Made by a program: the position numbers and the translations under genes. From positions 1 through 32,784 of the IMG/VR virus record IMGVR_UViG_3300008255_000309: 32,784 nucleotides of DNA. The stretch is one strand, 5' to 3'. Under the pieces are notes generated by a model. That model did no database searches and was not told where the DNA came from. It worked only from the letters and a program-made list of their open reading frames with translations. Positions 17,150-27,552 of this stretch are shown piece by piece. The first letter of the stretch is position 1. Each line of letters opens with the position of its first letter. The stretch is from a virus. Taxonomy: Duplodnaviria; Caudoviricetes.

Positions 17150-19158
17150 GGTCTGACGCTCTAGGGTTCTTTTGGCGTGACGAACCCGTCGTTAAGCAGA
17201 CGAAGGAGGTTGTCAAGCGCACACCACCGGATCCGGTATGGTTGGCCCCTGACTATTTACCGGGTCTCGAGGAAGCACTAGCATTCAACGTGCAAGTAAT
17301 GGGTGAAGCGGAACTGCTAGAAGCTAAAGCACGCCGCGATCAGTTTGTATTTGATATCGAATCTTATCCAAACTATTGGCTCGCGGCATTTGCGTCACTC
17401 CAGACTGGTGCAGTGTTCTACGTTGAAATGGCGCAAGGGTACGAACTGGACGTCGCAAAACTTAATTGGATTCTTACCAATTTCACAACCATTGGTTTCA
17501 ACAGCATCCAATATGATATGCCTATTACGTCGCTGGCACTTGCTGGTCGCACACCGCGCCAGCTCAAGGATGCCACCAACCTTATTATCCGGGATGAATG
17601 GAGACCGAACGACATACTACGAAAAGAAAAGGTGCGCTCCATACTGACAAACATTGACCACATTGACCTCATCGAAGTTGCACCGCTATTCGGTTCGTTG
17701 AAGGTGTATGGCGGCAGATTGCACGCGCCCCGGTTGCAGGACTTACCCTTTCAAGACGAAACGGTACTCAGCTCTGAACAGATGGCGATCGTGCGCTGGT
17801 ACTGTGTCAATGACCTGCTCCAAACCGCTATCCTGTACGATTCGTTGAAAGAGCAAATCAAGCTCCGGGTGCAACTGCGCAACGATTACGGGATTGACGT
17901 GCGATCTAAATCGGACGCGCAAATTGCTGAAGCGGTTATCGCCGAAGAAATTAAACGCAGAACAGGGCACAGACCCAGCCGACCTGAAATTGAACCGGGT
18001 ACCCTGTACCACTATCAGGTTCCCCATTTTATGAATTTTCAGACTGGGTTTATGCAGTGGGCTCTCAGTGTGGTGGCAAGCTCTAAGTTCGTTGTGGGCG
18101 TGCATGGGTCAATTGAAATGCCTAGCGAGCTTAATGCGATGCTCCTCACTATTGGTGAAAACACTTTTAAGATGGGCATTGGCGGTCTACATAGCACCGA
18201 GTCCCGAATGGCACACAAGTCAGACGAGCTATACCAGATTTATGATTTCGACGTCACGTCTTATTACCCTGCAATCATATTGAACCTTGCTCTGTACCCT
18301 AAGCACCTCGGGCATACATTTCTTGAGGTATATAAACGCATTGTTGATAAGCGCTTAATTGCGAAGCGTGCGGGACAACTCTTAGACGCCGAGTCATTGA
18401 AGATTACTGTCAACGGTGCATTCGGCAAACTGGGATCAAAACACAGTATCCTCTATTCACCTGACCTGCTCACACAAGTGACGCTCACTGGTCAACTGTC
18501 CCTGCTGATGCTTATTGAGCGCTTCGAGCTTGCTGGGTTCAGCGTGGTTAGCGCTAATACGGATGGCATTACAGTCAAGGCGCTACGCGCTAAAGCTGCA
18601 ACCCTGCAAGCGATTGTGAAGCAATGGGAAACGGATACCGGATTCTCAGTTGAAGAAACTAAGTATCGCGCCTATTATGCTAAGGATGTCAACAACTATA
18701 TCGCGGTCAAAGATAAAGGTGTCAAATCGAAGGGGCTCTACTCTAACCCGTGGGGTCACTTGGATGATGAAAAGAACTTAATCATGCGGCTGCACAAGAA
18801 CCCAGTCAACACGGTATGCCTTGACGCTGTAGAGGCGCTGTTAACCACAGCTATTCCCATCGAAACCACCATTCGCGACTGCAAAGACGTCTGCAAGTTT
18901 GTCAGCGTGCGCAGTGTGAAAGGCGGTGCAGTAAAGGACGGGGAATACCTTGGCAAGACAATCCGCTGGTATTACACAGCTGAGGAGGGTGAAATTGTGT
19001 CCGCTAAGACAGGAAACAAGGTTCCCCGCTCGGATGGTGCCAAACCATTGATGACCTTACCTGCAACCCTGCCCCTAGATCTCAGCTTGGATTGGTACAT
19101 CGCGGAAGCCCAGCGAATCCTCGTTGCGATAGGGTACGCGGAGCCCGAATCCAGCTAA
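17146..19158 (+). CDS. Family B DNA polymerase with 3'-5' exonuclease
   Basis: Exo motifs FDIESY, GFNSIQYD, YCVND; pol motifs DFDVTSYYP, KITVNGAFGK, SANTDG; GTG start overlapping the clamp stop. Confidence 0.92.
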   Translation: MRSDALGFFWRDEPVVKQTKEVVKRTPPDPVWLAPDYLPGLEEALAFNVQVMGEAELLEAKARRDQFVFDIESYPNYWLAAFASLQTGAVFYVEMAQGYELDVAKLNWILTNFTTIGFNSIQYDMPITSLALAGRTPRQLKDATNLIIRDEWRPNDILRKEKVRSILTNIDHIDLIEVAPLFGSLKVYGGRLHAPRLQDLPFQDETVLSSEQMAIVRWYCVNDLLQTAILYDSLKEQIKLRVQLRNDYGIDVRSKSDAQIAEAVIAEEIKRRTGHRPSRPEIEPGTLYHYQVPHFMNFQTGFMQWALSVVASSKFVVGVHGSIEMPSELNAMLLTIGENTFKMGIGGLHSTESRMAHKSDELYQIYDFDVTSYYPAIILNLALYPKHLGHTFLEVYKRIVDKRLIAKRAGQLLDAESLKITVNGAFGKLGSKHSILYSPDLLTQVTLTGQLSLLMLIERFELAGFSVVSANTDGITVKALRAKAATLQAIVKQWETDTGFSVEETKYRAYYAKDVNNYIAVKDKGVKSKGLYSNPWGHLDDEKNLIMRLHKNPVNTVCLDAVEALLTTAIPIETTIRDCKDVCKFVSVRSVKGGAVKDGEYLGKTIRWYYTAEEGEIVSAKTGNKVPRSDGAKPLMTLPATLPLDLSLDWYIAEAQRILVAIGYAEPESS

Positions 19159-19231
19159 AACGGGAAAACGTGGGCTGGCTGGGGCCACGTTCGGCCCGAC
19201 CCCGCCACCCTACGTGCTCCGAGTCTAGCTA

Positions 19232-19936
19232 TTAAGCGGGAAGCGCACCAGCTTCAAGCACCATCCACTCATCTACCGCTGTCTTTTCCAGAAGAGCATA
19301 GTTACCGCCCGGGATGCCTGTGCTGACAAGGTTCCGACGGCGCCATGTAACGGACGCATCGTCGGTGACGGTGATAGCGTTCACGTGCTCGTTTATGAAG
19401 CGCATCTGCGAACCAACTGGTGCAGCGATAGTCGCATTGTCTGGGATGTTAAGCGTGTGAGCAGTGTGGTTGATGTACGTGGTGGCGTTGACATTTATCA
19501 TTGTCGGTTCATAGCTGCTCGCAGTGACGAACAGGTTAATCGGACGCATGTGTGCCGCTCCCTGCAACCATGCTGACCCGTTATAAAACATCCACTCATT
19601 AGCTGTGCGGTCGTAGACTCTCCAACCTTCCCGGGGCACCAAATAAATCCACTTCGAGCTATCCGCCAAGCCTGGGATGTTTGCGTAGATTGCAATGGAA
19701 CCGGCAACACTACCGGAGTCCGAACCCCAGTCTGTACCCGTGTGAGTTGATTGCAGAATGTAAGCATCGCCCACAGCAGGGGAACCGGGTTCCGCGGTTG
19801 TTGTGCGGTTCAGAATCCAAGGCTGCAACGACCAGTCGCTGATAATCCAGTTCGCGTCATAAGAATTCTTCCAATCATCAACTCCAAGCGTGTGTTCGTA
19901 ATTGATTCCAAGGTTACTGAGTGGGGTCTGCGCCAT
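19232..19936 (-). CDS. DUF2793-domain virion/tail fibre protein
   Basis: PGSPAVGDAYIL...W...GSIAIY...W-x3-PREGWRVYD...YNGSAW pattern; AGAGGA RBS. Confidence 0.75.
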   Translation of the reverse strand: MAQTPLSNLGINYEHTLGVDDWKNSYDANWIISDWSLQPWILNRTTTAEPGSPAVGDAYILQSTHTGTDWGSDSGSVAGSIAIYANIPGLADSSKWIYLVPREGWRVYDRTANEWMFYNGSAWLQGAAHMRPINLFVTASSYEPTMINVNATTYINHTAHTLNIPDNATIAAPVGSQMRFINEHVNAITVTDDASVTWRRRNLVSTGIPGGNYALLEKTAVDEWMVLEAGALPA

Positions 19937-19947
19937 TGCTATGTCCT

Positions 19948-22900
19948 CTAGGTGATTGTCACAACCGTCGTTGAACCGTAGCCCGACGATGTTGAGTAAG
20001 TGAATGGTGTATTAGCTACAGTTCGACGGATATATAAACCCATATAGAAGAACGTGCGCCCATCTGACCGGGTAACGTCGCGATTCGGGTAGCGCTCAAA
20101 CGTACCAGTAAATCCAGACGGTAGATTTGCCAACCAATATTCAATAACCGGATCTCTATAGCGACTGGTTGCACCTTCAAGCGCTACGTCCGGAGCGCTT
20201 GCGATATAGGTTATATTGACGCCGTTAAGCGTAAGTGTAAACGTCTGACCGACAATATAGTTGGCTCCATACACACCTCGTCCAGCAGTCACCCGGATAA
20301 TCTGTGCAAGAGATTGTTTGATAGCGGGGCCAACAATTTGTTTTGGCAATTGTGAATGCCCTGTTTGATCCGCACCACCAAGCTCTTGAACACCGCGTGG
20401 CCCAACCGTGCGAATTCTATACCCTTCTGCCACTATAAGCGTGACAGCGGTGCGGGTCATTGCAATATTGTTTCCGTTATCCAAGCCAACGGGTTCCGTA
20501 TTATGCCCAAGAGATGCAGTAGCATAAGCGGAGAACTCTGTATTGGCGTTAATAACATCAACTAGATCAGCACATGCAAGAAGGCGCTGATCGTTTAATC
20601 CCTTTGAGGTCAAAGAGAACTGCCGACCATCATCGTCTGGTCGTCCGTCTTGTGTTGCGCTAAGGGCAAGGCGAGCATCATGCGTGAGACCATAAACGAT
20701 AAGCGCATTATATGTAGTTCTATCATAAAACGGGTCAACATCCGGGGCTAACACGTCAACCAAGATATTATTGATAAGTTGTGAATCCCAGAAATCTATG
20801 AATAACCTCTGGCGCACATTTGACCCGGTTGATGCTTGCGGTTCCTGTGTCAAATTGGCACCAGCGTTCCCAGCAAGGTTCGACACCCATCCGGAAAAGC
20901 TGAAATAATAACTACTTAGAGTTACTGTTGACCCATTACGCAAGAGCTCTACATAAGGCCAAATTGTTGTGTCGCGACCACCTGTGGTGAGCAGCGTTGT
21001 GATATCGCTTGTGAGGTCTTGCGCCAGTGCTTCAGCAGTGCTGCCCGTTGCAGTTGTGCTGGCTTGGTATATCCCAAAATCACCGCCTGCAATTGTAAAG
21101 TATGCAAGCACGGATTCGGATGCTGTTGGCGCCCCTGAGAAAGTAAAGGTTATTGATTTGAGCGTATTCACGCCAGGCACAGGTTCCGGCGCGTAAGGTG
21201 CTGCACCTTGTTTCAGCACGGTGCCGTAATTTGTGCCTCCCGTATCCTGACCGCCAAAGTCCCCACCAAAATCCAACCCGAACCCAAACACTTCAAAGGG
21301 AACTGTCTGCTTATGCTGACTCTCTCGAGTTGCATCACGTGCATATATGTCAAGGTAGAAATCAAGCTCGTCCGGTATGCCTGGGCTCGTCTGTGGGATA
21401 AACCCTTGCGTATTGAAAGCTGCACCAGTAGCAGAGCCCGGGATGTTGTTGCGTGTAACCACAGCAACCCCAGTGTCCACACGGCGCACGACTACCGAAT
21501 ATGAAGTGCTGCCAACCGTAGTGAGTGACGTGTCGTCTTGCTTGGTAGCAAAGGACTGTGACTGCCGGTTACGCGAATTGAACGTGATGCGCAGTGTACC
21601 GGGTGTCCGTGTCCAGTCTTCGTCGACAAACAGGTTCCCATTGACAGCAGGGTTGCCGGGTGCATACGGGCGCACATAGAGCTGAGTGTAATTAGCAGAC
21701 AGCGGAACAGGACTTGCGGAAGCTACAGCGAGCACACCCGTTGCAGTACGGGGAGTTACCTTGACCCGGAACACACTGCCGAGGGTAATTGCATTGAACG
21801 GGTCTGCAAGCACACCAGCTCCCAGCGTTGGGAACCATATACGAGCGTCAGCGCTGTGGTTAGCAGGTACCGTGCCAAACGCGCCCCGCACAATAGTCAG
21901 GTCGTATGTGCTGTTAAGGTTATCAACATATCCAGTCCAATAGACCAGCTCGTCATCTATTAGGATCACGTTATTAGGTGCTTCCGGATAGACCCCGCTG
22001 TTTGCAAATTCAGCAAGGTCTGCAACCGTAATATCGCGGAGCGCGTAGATTGTGATCGTGTCTGTGAAGTGTGGAGGGCCATCTAGGTCTGCAACCATAG
22101 CGCCGCTAAGTAATGCAGTTGGCGTCCACTGGTCCACAGCTTCGTTCGTCAACACAAGGTTATCCACACCGCCATTGACGTCAGTATAGACGTCATAGTT
22201 GATATGCAAGCCACCGTTCCGTGCAACCAAAAGAATTGGCTGGTACGTGGTTGAGGATAGTTGTGTTGGCGGTTCCCATATCCGGGCCGCAAGCGCTGCA
22301 ACTGGGGAGAAGGTAGGAGGTTGAAATCCGCTGGCGGGCGGATCAACGTACCCAGCGATTCCAATGCGATAAATGTCTTCAACTGCATCAATGGTAATGG
22401 GAGCACGCTGATCGTCCCCGTAGGCAATTTTAATCACCCGCATGGGGAGCTCTACAATGCCATATTCGTCCCAAGTCCAGTCAAACGGATCGCCCCGCTG
22501 AATAGCATAGACAGAGCGATTACATTTAAGTTTGACCTTGGCAAGCGGGAACGCGACGCTCACCATCTCCCTCGCTGCAACCCGGTTCGCTAACCCTGCA
22601 TCTTTAATGCCGGGAAAATTCATTGTCGCGTGTGATCGCTTCCCGGTAATTTGCAGGTTCGCGAGATCGTGGTCACGTGCATAGGTGCTATCGTAATCCT
22701 TTGCACGGTCAGCAAAGGAGATTCGAACTTCGTTCTGTGTATTGGTCCACGTGCCCCTTGAATAGTCTTCCAGTTCCTCGATGTTGGTTTCGTCGAGCAA
22801 TAGCACTGCACCAGCGGGCGGGCGGGCAAGAACAATCTTAAACAGTCCGTCCGTAAGGTCTAGGCGAAATGCACCATCTACATGGCGTTCAATTTCTACA

Positions 22901-23769
22901 ATGATTTCACGTAGCTCAAACTCATGGTCAAGCACCATACTGAAACCGAGATTCTCGTCATAACACTGCTCGGCTACTGCACGCAAAGCACCAGCGGCAG
23001 CGTCACCAGTAAGAAGAATGTCATTCACTGGGAACGTAACGCCCCAATCGTCGTTCCCAGAAAGTAATTCATAAAGGAAGCAAATAGGATTCGCGTCCTC
23101 GCCAATGCGGTGCTTGCCTCCCGTAACGGCAAGCCCGTTCGGATACCAATAAGGTTCGATTGCTATGTTGCGCAGCTGAGGGGAGTTGCCAATATAGCCC
23201 GGGCCACCTGCACCATCTGTCAGGATCATATATGCAGTGCGTCGATATGCTGTCAGCGGTGTTTGAAACGAAGCTAGATAGGAGGAGGTTGCTTGATTAA
23301 ACGTGCCCCGGTAAAACTCGAGCGTAAACTTAACACCGCCACCACTTGTCTTGCCCCCAAAATACTCGGGGTCATCTATGCTGAAATTGGAGGTTGTTTC
23401 GCCCCCATCATAAATAATCTTATCATCAAGCCATATTCGGTCATAACCGTCAATGGGCCCGCGGCATATTGCCATCTGGACGCCCAAACTGTACTCGTAA
23501 CCGATAGTGACTTTGCTGCCGCCTATACCTGCAAAGCCACCAACCTTTTCCCGGATTGCTTTGGTACGAAGATCACCGTACCAAATCGCGTTGATTCCGC
23601 TCATGCGCACCTTACCAACTATGATGGGCACAATGCGCCCTTCAGTAGCAGTAGGAGCTTGAAACTCGTCTAAGCCGCTGGGTCTAGCGTTTTCAACTTT
23701 CGGTTTAATAAGAAGCGCTGAGAGGATGCTTGATCCCAGCCAATAAAAGAATGCCAACCAGATGCCCAT
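19948..23769 (-). CDS. Large tail tip / central fibre protein (Phage-tail_3-like)
   Basis: PTATEGRIVPIIVG...WYGD, DANP...YELL...WG, NEVRISFADR..DY, RG-x-FGT-x-P-x-x-H; 1273 aa downstream of the DUF2163-like gene. Confidence 0.85.
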   Translation of the reverse strand: MGIWLAFFYWLGSSILSALLIKPKVENARPSGLDEFQAPTATEGRIVPIIVGKVRMSGINAIWYGDLRTKAIREKVGGFAGIGGSKVTIGYEYSLGVQMAICRGPIDGYDRIWLDDKIIYDGGETTSNFSIDDPEYFGGKTSGGGVKFTLEFYRGTFNQATSSYLASFQTPLTAYRRTAYMILTDGAGGPGYIGNSPQLRNIAIEPYWYPNGLAVTGGKHRIGEDANPICFLYELLSGNDDWGVTFPVNDILLTGDAAAGALRAVAEQCYDENLGFSMVLDHEFELREIIVEIERHVDGAFRLDLTDGLFKIVLARPPAGAVLLLDETNIEELEDYSRGTWTNTQNEVRISFADRAKDYDSTYARDHDLANLQITGKRSHATMNFPGIKDAGLANRVAAREMVSVAFPLAKVKLKCNRSVYAIQRGDPFDWTWDEYGIVELPMRVIKIAYGDDQRAPITIDAVEDIYRIGIAGYVDPPASGFQPPTFSPVAALAARIWEPPTQLSSTTYQPILLVARNGGLHINYDVYTDVNGGVDNLVLTNEAVDQWTPTALLSGAMVADLDGPPHFTDTITIYALRDITVADLAEFANSGVYPEAPNNVILIDDELVYWTGYVDNLNSTYDLTIVRGAFGTVPANHSADARIWFPTLGAGVLADPFNAITLGSVFRVKVTPRTATGVLAVASASPVPLSANYTQLYVRPYAPGNPAVNGNLFVDEDWTRTPGTLRITFNSRNRQSQSFATKQDDTSLTTVGSTSYSVVVRRVDTGVAVVTRNNIPGSATGAAFNTQGFIPQTSPGIPDELDFYLDIYARDATRESQHKQTVPFEVFGFGLDFGGDFGGQDTGGTNYGTVLKQGAAPYAPEPVPGVNTLKSITFTFSGAPTASESVLAYFTIAGGDFGIYQASTTATGSTAEALAQDLTSDITTLLTTGGRDTTIWPYVELLRNGSTVTLSSYYFSFSGWVSNLAGNAGANLTQEPQASTGSNVRQRLFIDFWDSQLINNILVDVLAPDVDPFYDRTTYNALIVYGLTHDARLALSATQDGRPDDDGRQFSLTSKGLNDQRLLACADLVDVINANTEFSAYATASLGHNTEPVGLDNGNNIAMTRTAVTLIVAEGYRIRTVGPRGVQELGGADQTGHSQLPKQIVGPAIKQSLAQIIRVTAGRGVYGANYIVGQTFTLTLNGVNITYIASAPDVALEGATSRYRDPVIEYWLANLPSGFTGTFERYPNRDVTRSDGRTFFYMGLYIRRTVANTPFTYSTSSGYGSTTVVTIT

Positions 23770-24707
23770 TAAATTTTACTCCCACCGAATCGGCTACTGG
23801 TACCAGATGACGTCTTTGTACCTCCATTCGAAAGATCAATAGTGAACGGATTGTTTATGCTTCCGGGCACGTATGGGAACCCGTCAAAGTTAATCGCATT
23901 CTTGAATTTCCGATTGCAAATATCGATTGAATGATTGCAACCTGCATACACCTCGCAGGAGGTACCAGCGTCAGCTTCAGCGAACGGAATGTTAATCCTT
24001 ACCACATCCGGGTCTCCGCCTACGTCAGTCTCGACAATGGTGCGCAGTTCACCGGGTTCTTCTGTGGTGCTGATATACCCTCTGTTGAAAAAGTTATCCA
24101 GCTCTGTACTCGACAGCCCAAGTGATTGAGCGGTATTGATTGCGGCTGCACCAACACGCAAACCGCTGATGTCGATTGTCACACCATCACTTAGTATTGA
24201 GGTCAGCGATCCAACAAACCTAAAATCTAGCCTGTTAGCTTGGCAAATTTCATCATAGAGTTGGCTGTTGCACAGACCGCTAAACACCGCACGCGGAACC
24301 GAGCGTTTGAACAGACGAGTGATAGGCAAGCAATGGAACGTCGCTTTGCCGTCACCGAATGCACAGGTAACAATCTGACCCTTCCAAATAGTAAGGAAGC
24401 CACCGTCCCCGTCATTGAGGTGCTTTTGATAAATAGTAAGGGAGGGCATGGAGCTGGGCAGGGTTCCACGAAACTGCAAAGCCAATGGGAAGGTGGCAGG
24501 TATAACCACACGTATCTCGCCTGACCCTTCCTCGTTTCCCTGTGTCGGTTCTGTTCGCTTTAAGCCAGGCAGCGGGGCAAATGTGTCTGATCCTTTGACC
24601 TGTGGTGTATCCGCAGAAGTAACGCGGACAAAGTGTCCATCCTGAAAGAATTCATAGAATTCAACTGGTCTACCAAGCGGCCCAATTTCAATTGCATTAT
24701 ATGTCAT
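23769..24707 (-). CDS. DUF2163/BR0599-family tail tip (hub) protein with four conserved Cys
   Basis: P-x-EFYEF, C-x3-LYD-x-x-C, and AGCNHSIDICNRKFKNAINFDGFPYVP. Confidence 0.85.
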   Translation of the reverse strand: MTYNAIEIGPLGRPVEFYEFFQDGHFVRVTSADTPQVKGSDTFAPLPGLKRTEPTQGNEEGSGEIRVVIPATFPLALQFRGTLPSSMPSLTIYQKHLNDGDGGFLTIWKGQIVTCAFGDGKATFHCLPITRLFKRSVPRAVFSGLCNSQLYDEICQANRLDFRFVGSLTSILSDGVTIDISGLRVGAAAINTAQSLGLSSTELDNFFNRGYISTTEEPGELRTIVETDVGGDPDVVRINIPFAEADAGTSCEVYAGCNHSIDICNRKFKNAINFDGFPYVPGSINNPFTIDLSNGGTKTSSGTSSRFGGSKI

Positions 24708-26413
24708 TGAAGTACCGTCTTGACGTTAAAGCGCAGCTCGGACTCGCCCGGGCGCTCGTGAATAAATGTAGCTGCATCCCCGTTAAGGCGTACCAGCTCG
24801 AGGAAACTAATCTTCGCATCCGCAGAATCAATAAGCGTGGAATCACCCGTATCAAATGCGGTGTCGAATGTAAGGATTTCCGTGCCCGTACCGGGTGTAA
24901 TACCATTGATCTGGGCGAAGTATTGTGTCCCATCAGGTAACTCAAGCATGATAGATTTATGTGGTTGAGCTGCATTATACCCAGCGAGCCCCGTGTCTCG
25001 CACGGTAATCGTCCCGCTGTCCAGTTGGAAGTCTGCAACCGCAACCAAATCCTTTCTAAACGTGGGCAGGTAAAAGGAACCCCAGTTGCCCCGAACCCAA
25101 TGCAGGAACTGCCTCCAGCGCCACACCGCTTCCATGGAGTGCAGCGGGCTAGAAAACGGACTGGACACAGATGAGGACGGTTCCCGTGCTAATAATTGGA
25201 ACTGACCAATGCCAGAGTCCAAACTGGTGTACAGGCTTTCATATGAGCGTTGCAGCGTGCCCTCGGATAGCATGTTAGGGTCTGAAAGGATTGGAAGACC
25301 ATCATTAGGATGCACCACAAATTCAGCTTCGAGTGCAGTCTGGTCAGCAAACCCGAGCTCAACGTTGTCTGTAGTTAAGAATTCAACCGTGGTCTCTGTC
25401 ATATTGACTTTAGGATCGTTATGTGTTACCTCCCGTGAGATGTATCCATAACGAATTGGCATTACTGATGCCCCGGATTGGACGTCAATTACTGCACCGG
25501 CATTCATGGTGATGCTGGTGCTGTTGAACGTTTCAATTGAGTTGTCGAAATATGTGCCATCAGGGTTTACAACCAACAGGCCGCCGCCTAAGCGGTGATC
25601 AACTGCGCTGGTGCTAACCTGTAGGGTAGCGGCTCCCGTGAGCGCTGCTTGCGTTACACGCCGGGCCTCGTGCCATACAGGTATGCCGAAGACTAAGGTG
25701 CGGGAATTCATTAACAGGTTGCGCAGTGCAGTCGCATCCTCGTCTATTAAACGGATACGGAACAGGAAGCGCTGGCGTGGTGTGGTGCGCATACTGCGCC
25801 GCTGTTCTTTGCCGTCCCGGGTCTTGCGGATATCGGTGATCCAGCTCAGTTGTTCCATGACCCCAGCTTCGGGCTCATATGGGAACAGCAGCAAGCGACG
25901 ACCGTTTGTGAGGATAAAGACCGAACGGTTATCGAACTCGAATTCAATAAGGCCTTCGAACGCTGGTGGGCCAGCGCTATCTGCTTCGAATGTAATATCT
26001 TCGAAAGCAAAGAATGGAATATCAAGCGGGAACGATTCACCGGATGTAATGCTAATGCCAAAGGATAGCATTAAGGTTTCGTCAATGCTTTGAAGCTCTC
26101 TCGTCTGTCCCCGGTACGTGTTAAAGATACGGAGTGTGATGCTCTTTGCACTGATAATGCTACCGAACGACATTGGACGAGGAGCGATCCACAAGTTGTT
26201 CATGAACCAATCGTTGCTCGTAGCGAGTGCAGCGGAATACTTTACGTTTGGACCAATCCTTGTTCCAAGGTAAACAGAACCAACTAAACCGGGCGGCTTG
26301 CCGAGTATACGTGGTTCAGGTAGGCCTGGAATTGCGGGTGTAGCTGCACCGGGATTCCCCGGAATTGACCTGACAATTGAACTGACAAGCGCAGCTGAGA
26401 CATCGGCTGCCAT
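24704..26413 (-). CDS. Virion structural protein (distal-tail-like)
   Basis: E-x-L-x-W-x-TD...G-x-EQR...R-x-x-PR, and FL-x3-RG-x4-FYLPT; tail gene context. Confidence 0.7.
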   Translation of the reverse strand: MAADVSAALVSSIVRSIPGNPGAATPAIPGLPEPRILGKPPGLVGSVYLGTRIGPNVKYSAALATSNDWFMNNLWIAPRPMSFGSIISAKSITLRIFNTYRGQTRELQSIDETLMLSFGISITSGESFPLDIPFFAFEDITFEADSAGPPAFEGLIEFEFDNRSVFILTNGRRLLLFPYEPEAGVMEQLSWITDIRKTRDGKEQRRSMRTTPRQRFLFRIRLIDEDATALRNLLMNSRTLVFGIPVWHEARRVTQAALTGAATLQVSTSAVDHRLGGGLLVVNPDGTYFDNSIETFNSTSITMNAGAVIDVQSGASVMPIRYGYISREVTHNDPKVNMTETTVEFLTTDNVELGFADQTALEAEFVVHPNDGLPILSDPNMLSEGTLQRSYESLYTSLDSGIGQFQLLAREPSSSVSSPFSSPLHSMEAVWRWRQFLHWVRGNWGSFYLPTFRKDLVAVADFQLDSGTITVRDTGLAGYNAAQPHKSIMLELPDGTQYFAQINGITPGTGTEILTFDTAFDTGDSTLIDSADAKISFLELVRLNGDAATFIHERPGESELRFNVKTVLQ

Positions 26414-27549
26414 TACGGTGTGACCTTGTAAGCGTATCCCTCATAACCAGAATACTCCTGATCAGCAAGTGTGTTAATCACATCGCTGTTTACCACGGGG
26501 AACACTCGGTAGTCATCTGATCCAACTGTAATCAAGGCGCCTGGAGTAAAGTTCTTCATGTTGATGCGAAACACGTCGGGCACCTCTCCAATCGCGCAAT
26601 ATCGAATGTCGCCGTCAAAATCAACTTGACCAAATAAAATAAACGGGAAAAAGCTGATGAGATTTGAGAGAGGTGATTGGTCCATACGGAAGAACAATGT
26701 TCCAAGGGAAGCTCCACGACCTGTACAAATACCTCGCCCGATTGTCTGCGTGGCATTATTAACCTGTGAAAAACCTGTTCCAGGCTGTACACTTGAATAT
26801 TCATCTGTGAATGTGCTTTTATTGGTTAAATTATACCAAGAGATAGAACTTACTGATCGAATAGAAGGACAGCGAAACACACCGCCTTGCATTGCTTCAA
26901 CCGAGTTATTTGCACTCTCACCCGGTAAACAGTGCGCACTATTATATGGCTTGTCTATTGTGCTTAAACTCTGATCCCAAAAAAGCCCAAAACAAAATTC
27001 ACCGCCCGTCAGATTAGCGTGGTATTTGTTAAAGCTACCGAACCAGAAATGGCGCCACTTACGTGTCGCACACTGCACAGCGACATAACAGTATCGACCG
27101 TCATTTGGTGCAAAGATATGATGATCAAGGTAAGGGCCCGCGCCCATCACATTAACCCATTGACACTCATGTCTATCGCTTGTTTCCCAGCTAGGGCCGA
27201 CAGGGCCGCCCGCGGGATCGTCAGGCTGGGTTGTTGGGCATCCGGGTTGATCGTAAGCGGGTTCTGTTCCAGAGAACCCGGTGCTAGGAAACAAAAAGAT
27301 TCGCGCGTCCCTTGTATGGAAATTCATATATGGGACATTGCTTGCACCAGAAGGAGGTGCAAGAAAAACTTCGTATTCCTTTGTCCCAATACTGACGTCC
27401 GCTTTCGAGCGCGTCCAGCGATTGCTCGCAGTTGGGAATTGTGTTGCGCTGGTTAAGAACGTTGCAACCTTGTTCCGAATAAGGTCGTCAGCATCTGTCG
27501 CAACACCATTACCACCATCAGCAGACATTGATGAATTTACATACGGCAT
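26413..27549 (-). CDS. Virion structural protein (tail)
   Basis: 378-aa ORF in the tail operon; C-terminal GEVPDV...PG...GSDDYRVFP...GYAY. Confidence 0.65.
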   Translation of the reverse strand: MPYVNSSMSADGGNGVATDADDLIRNKVATFLTSATQFPTASNRWTRSKADVSIGTKEYEVFLAPPSGASNVPYMNFHTRDARIFLFPSTGFSGTEPAYDQPGCPTTQPDDPAGGPVGPSWETSDRHECQWVNVMGAGPYLDHHIFAPNDGRYCYVAVQCATRKWRHFWFGSFNKYHANLTGGEFCFGLFWDQSLSTIDKPYNSAHCLPGESANNSVEAMQGGVFRCPSIRSVSSISWYNLTNKSTFTDEYSSVQPGTGFSQVNNATQTIGRGICTGRGASLGTLFFRMDQSPLSNLISFFPFILFGQVDFDGDIRYCAIGEVPDVFRINMKNFTPGALITVGSDDYRVFPVVNSDVINTLADQEYSGYEGYAYKVTP

Positions 27550-27552
27550 TTC

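Noticed and set aside
17146-19158. Intein or intron in the polymerase, helicase or ThyX
   Set aside because: Motif spacing is continuous, with no splice-junction or homing endonuclease motifs.
19161-19198. Bidirectional terminator between the convergent arms
   Set aside because: Only a 7-bp AACGTGG/CCACGTT stem with an 11-nt loop and no + strand U-tract; plausible by position but too weak to call.
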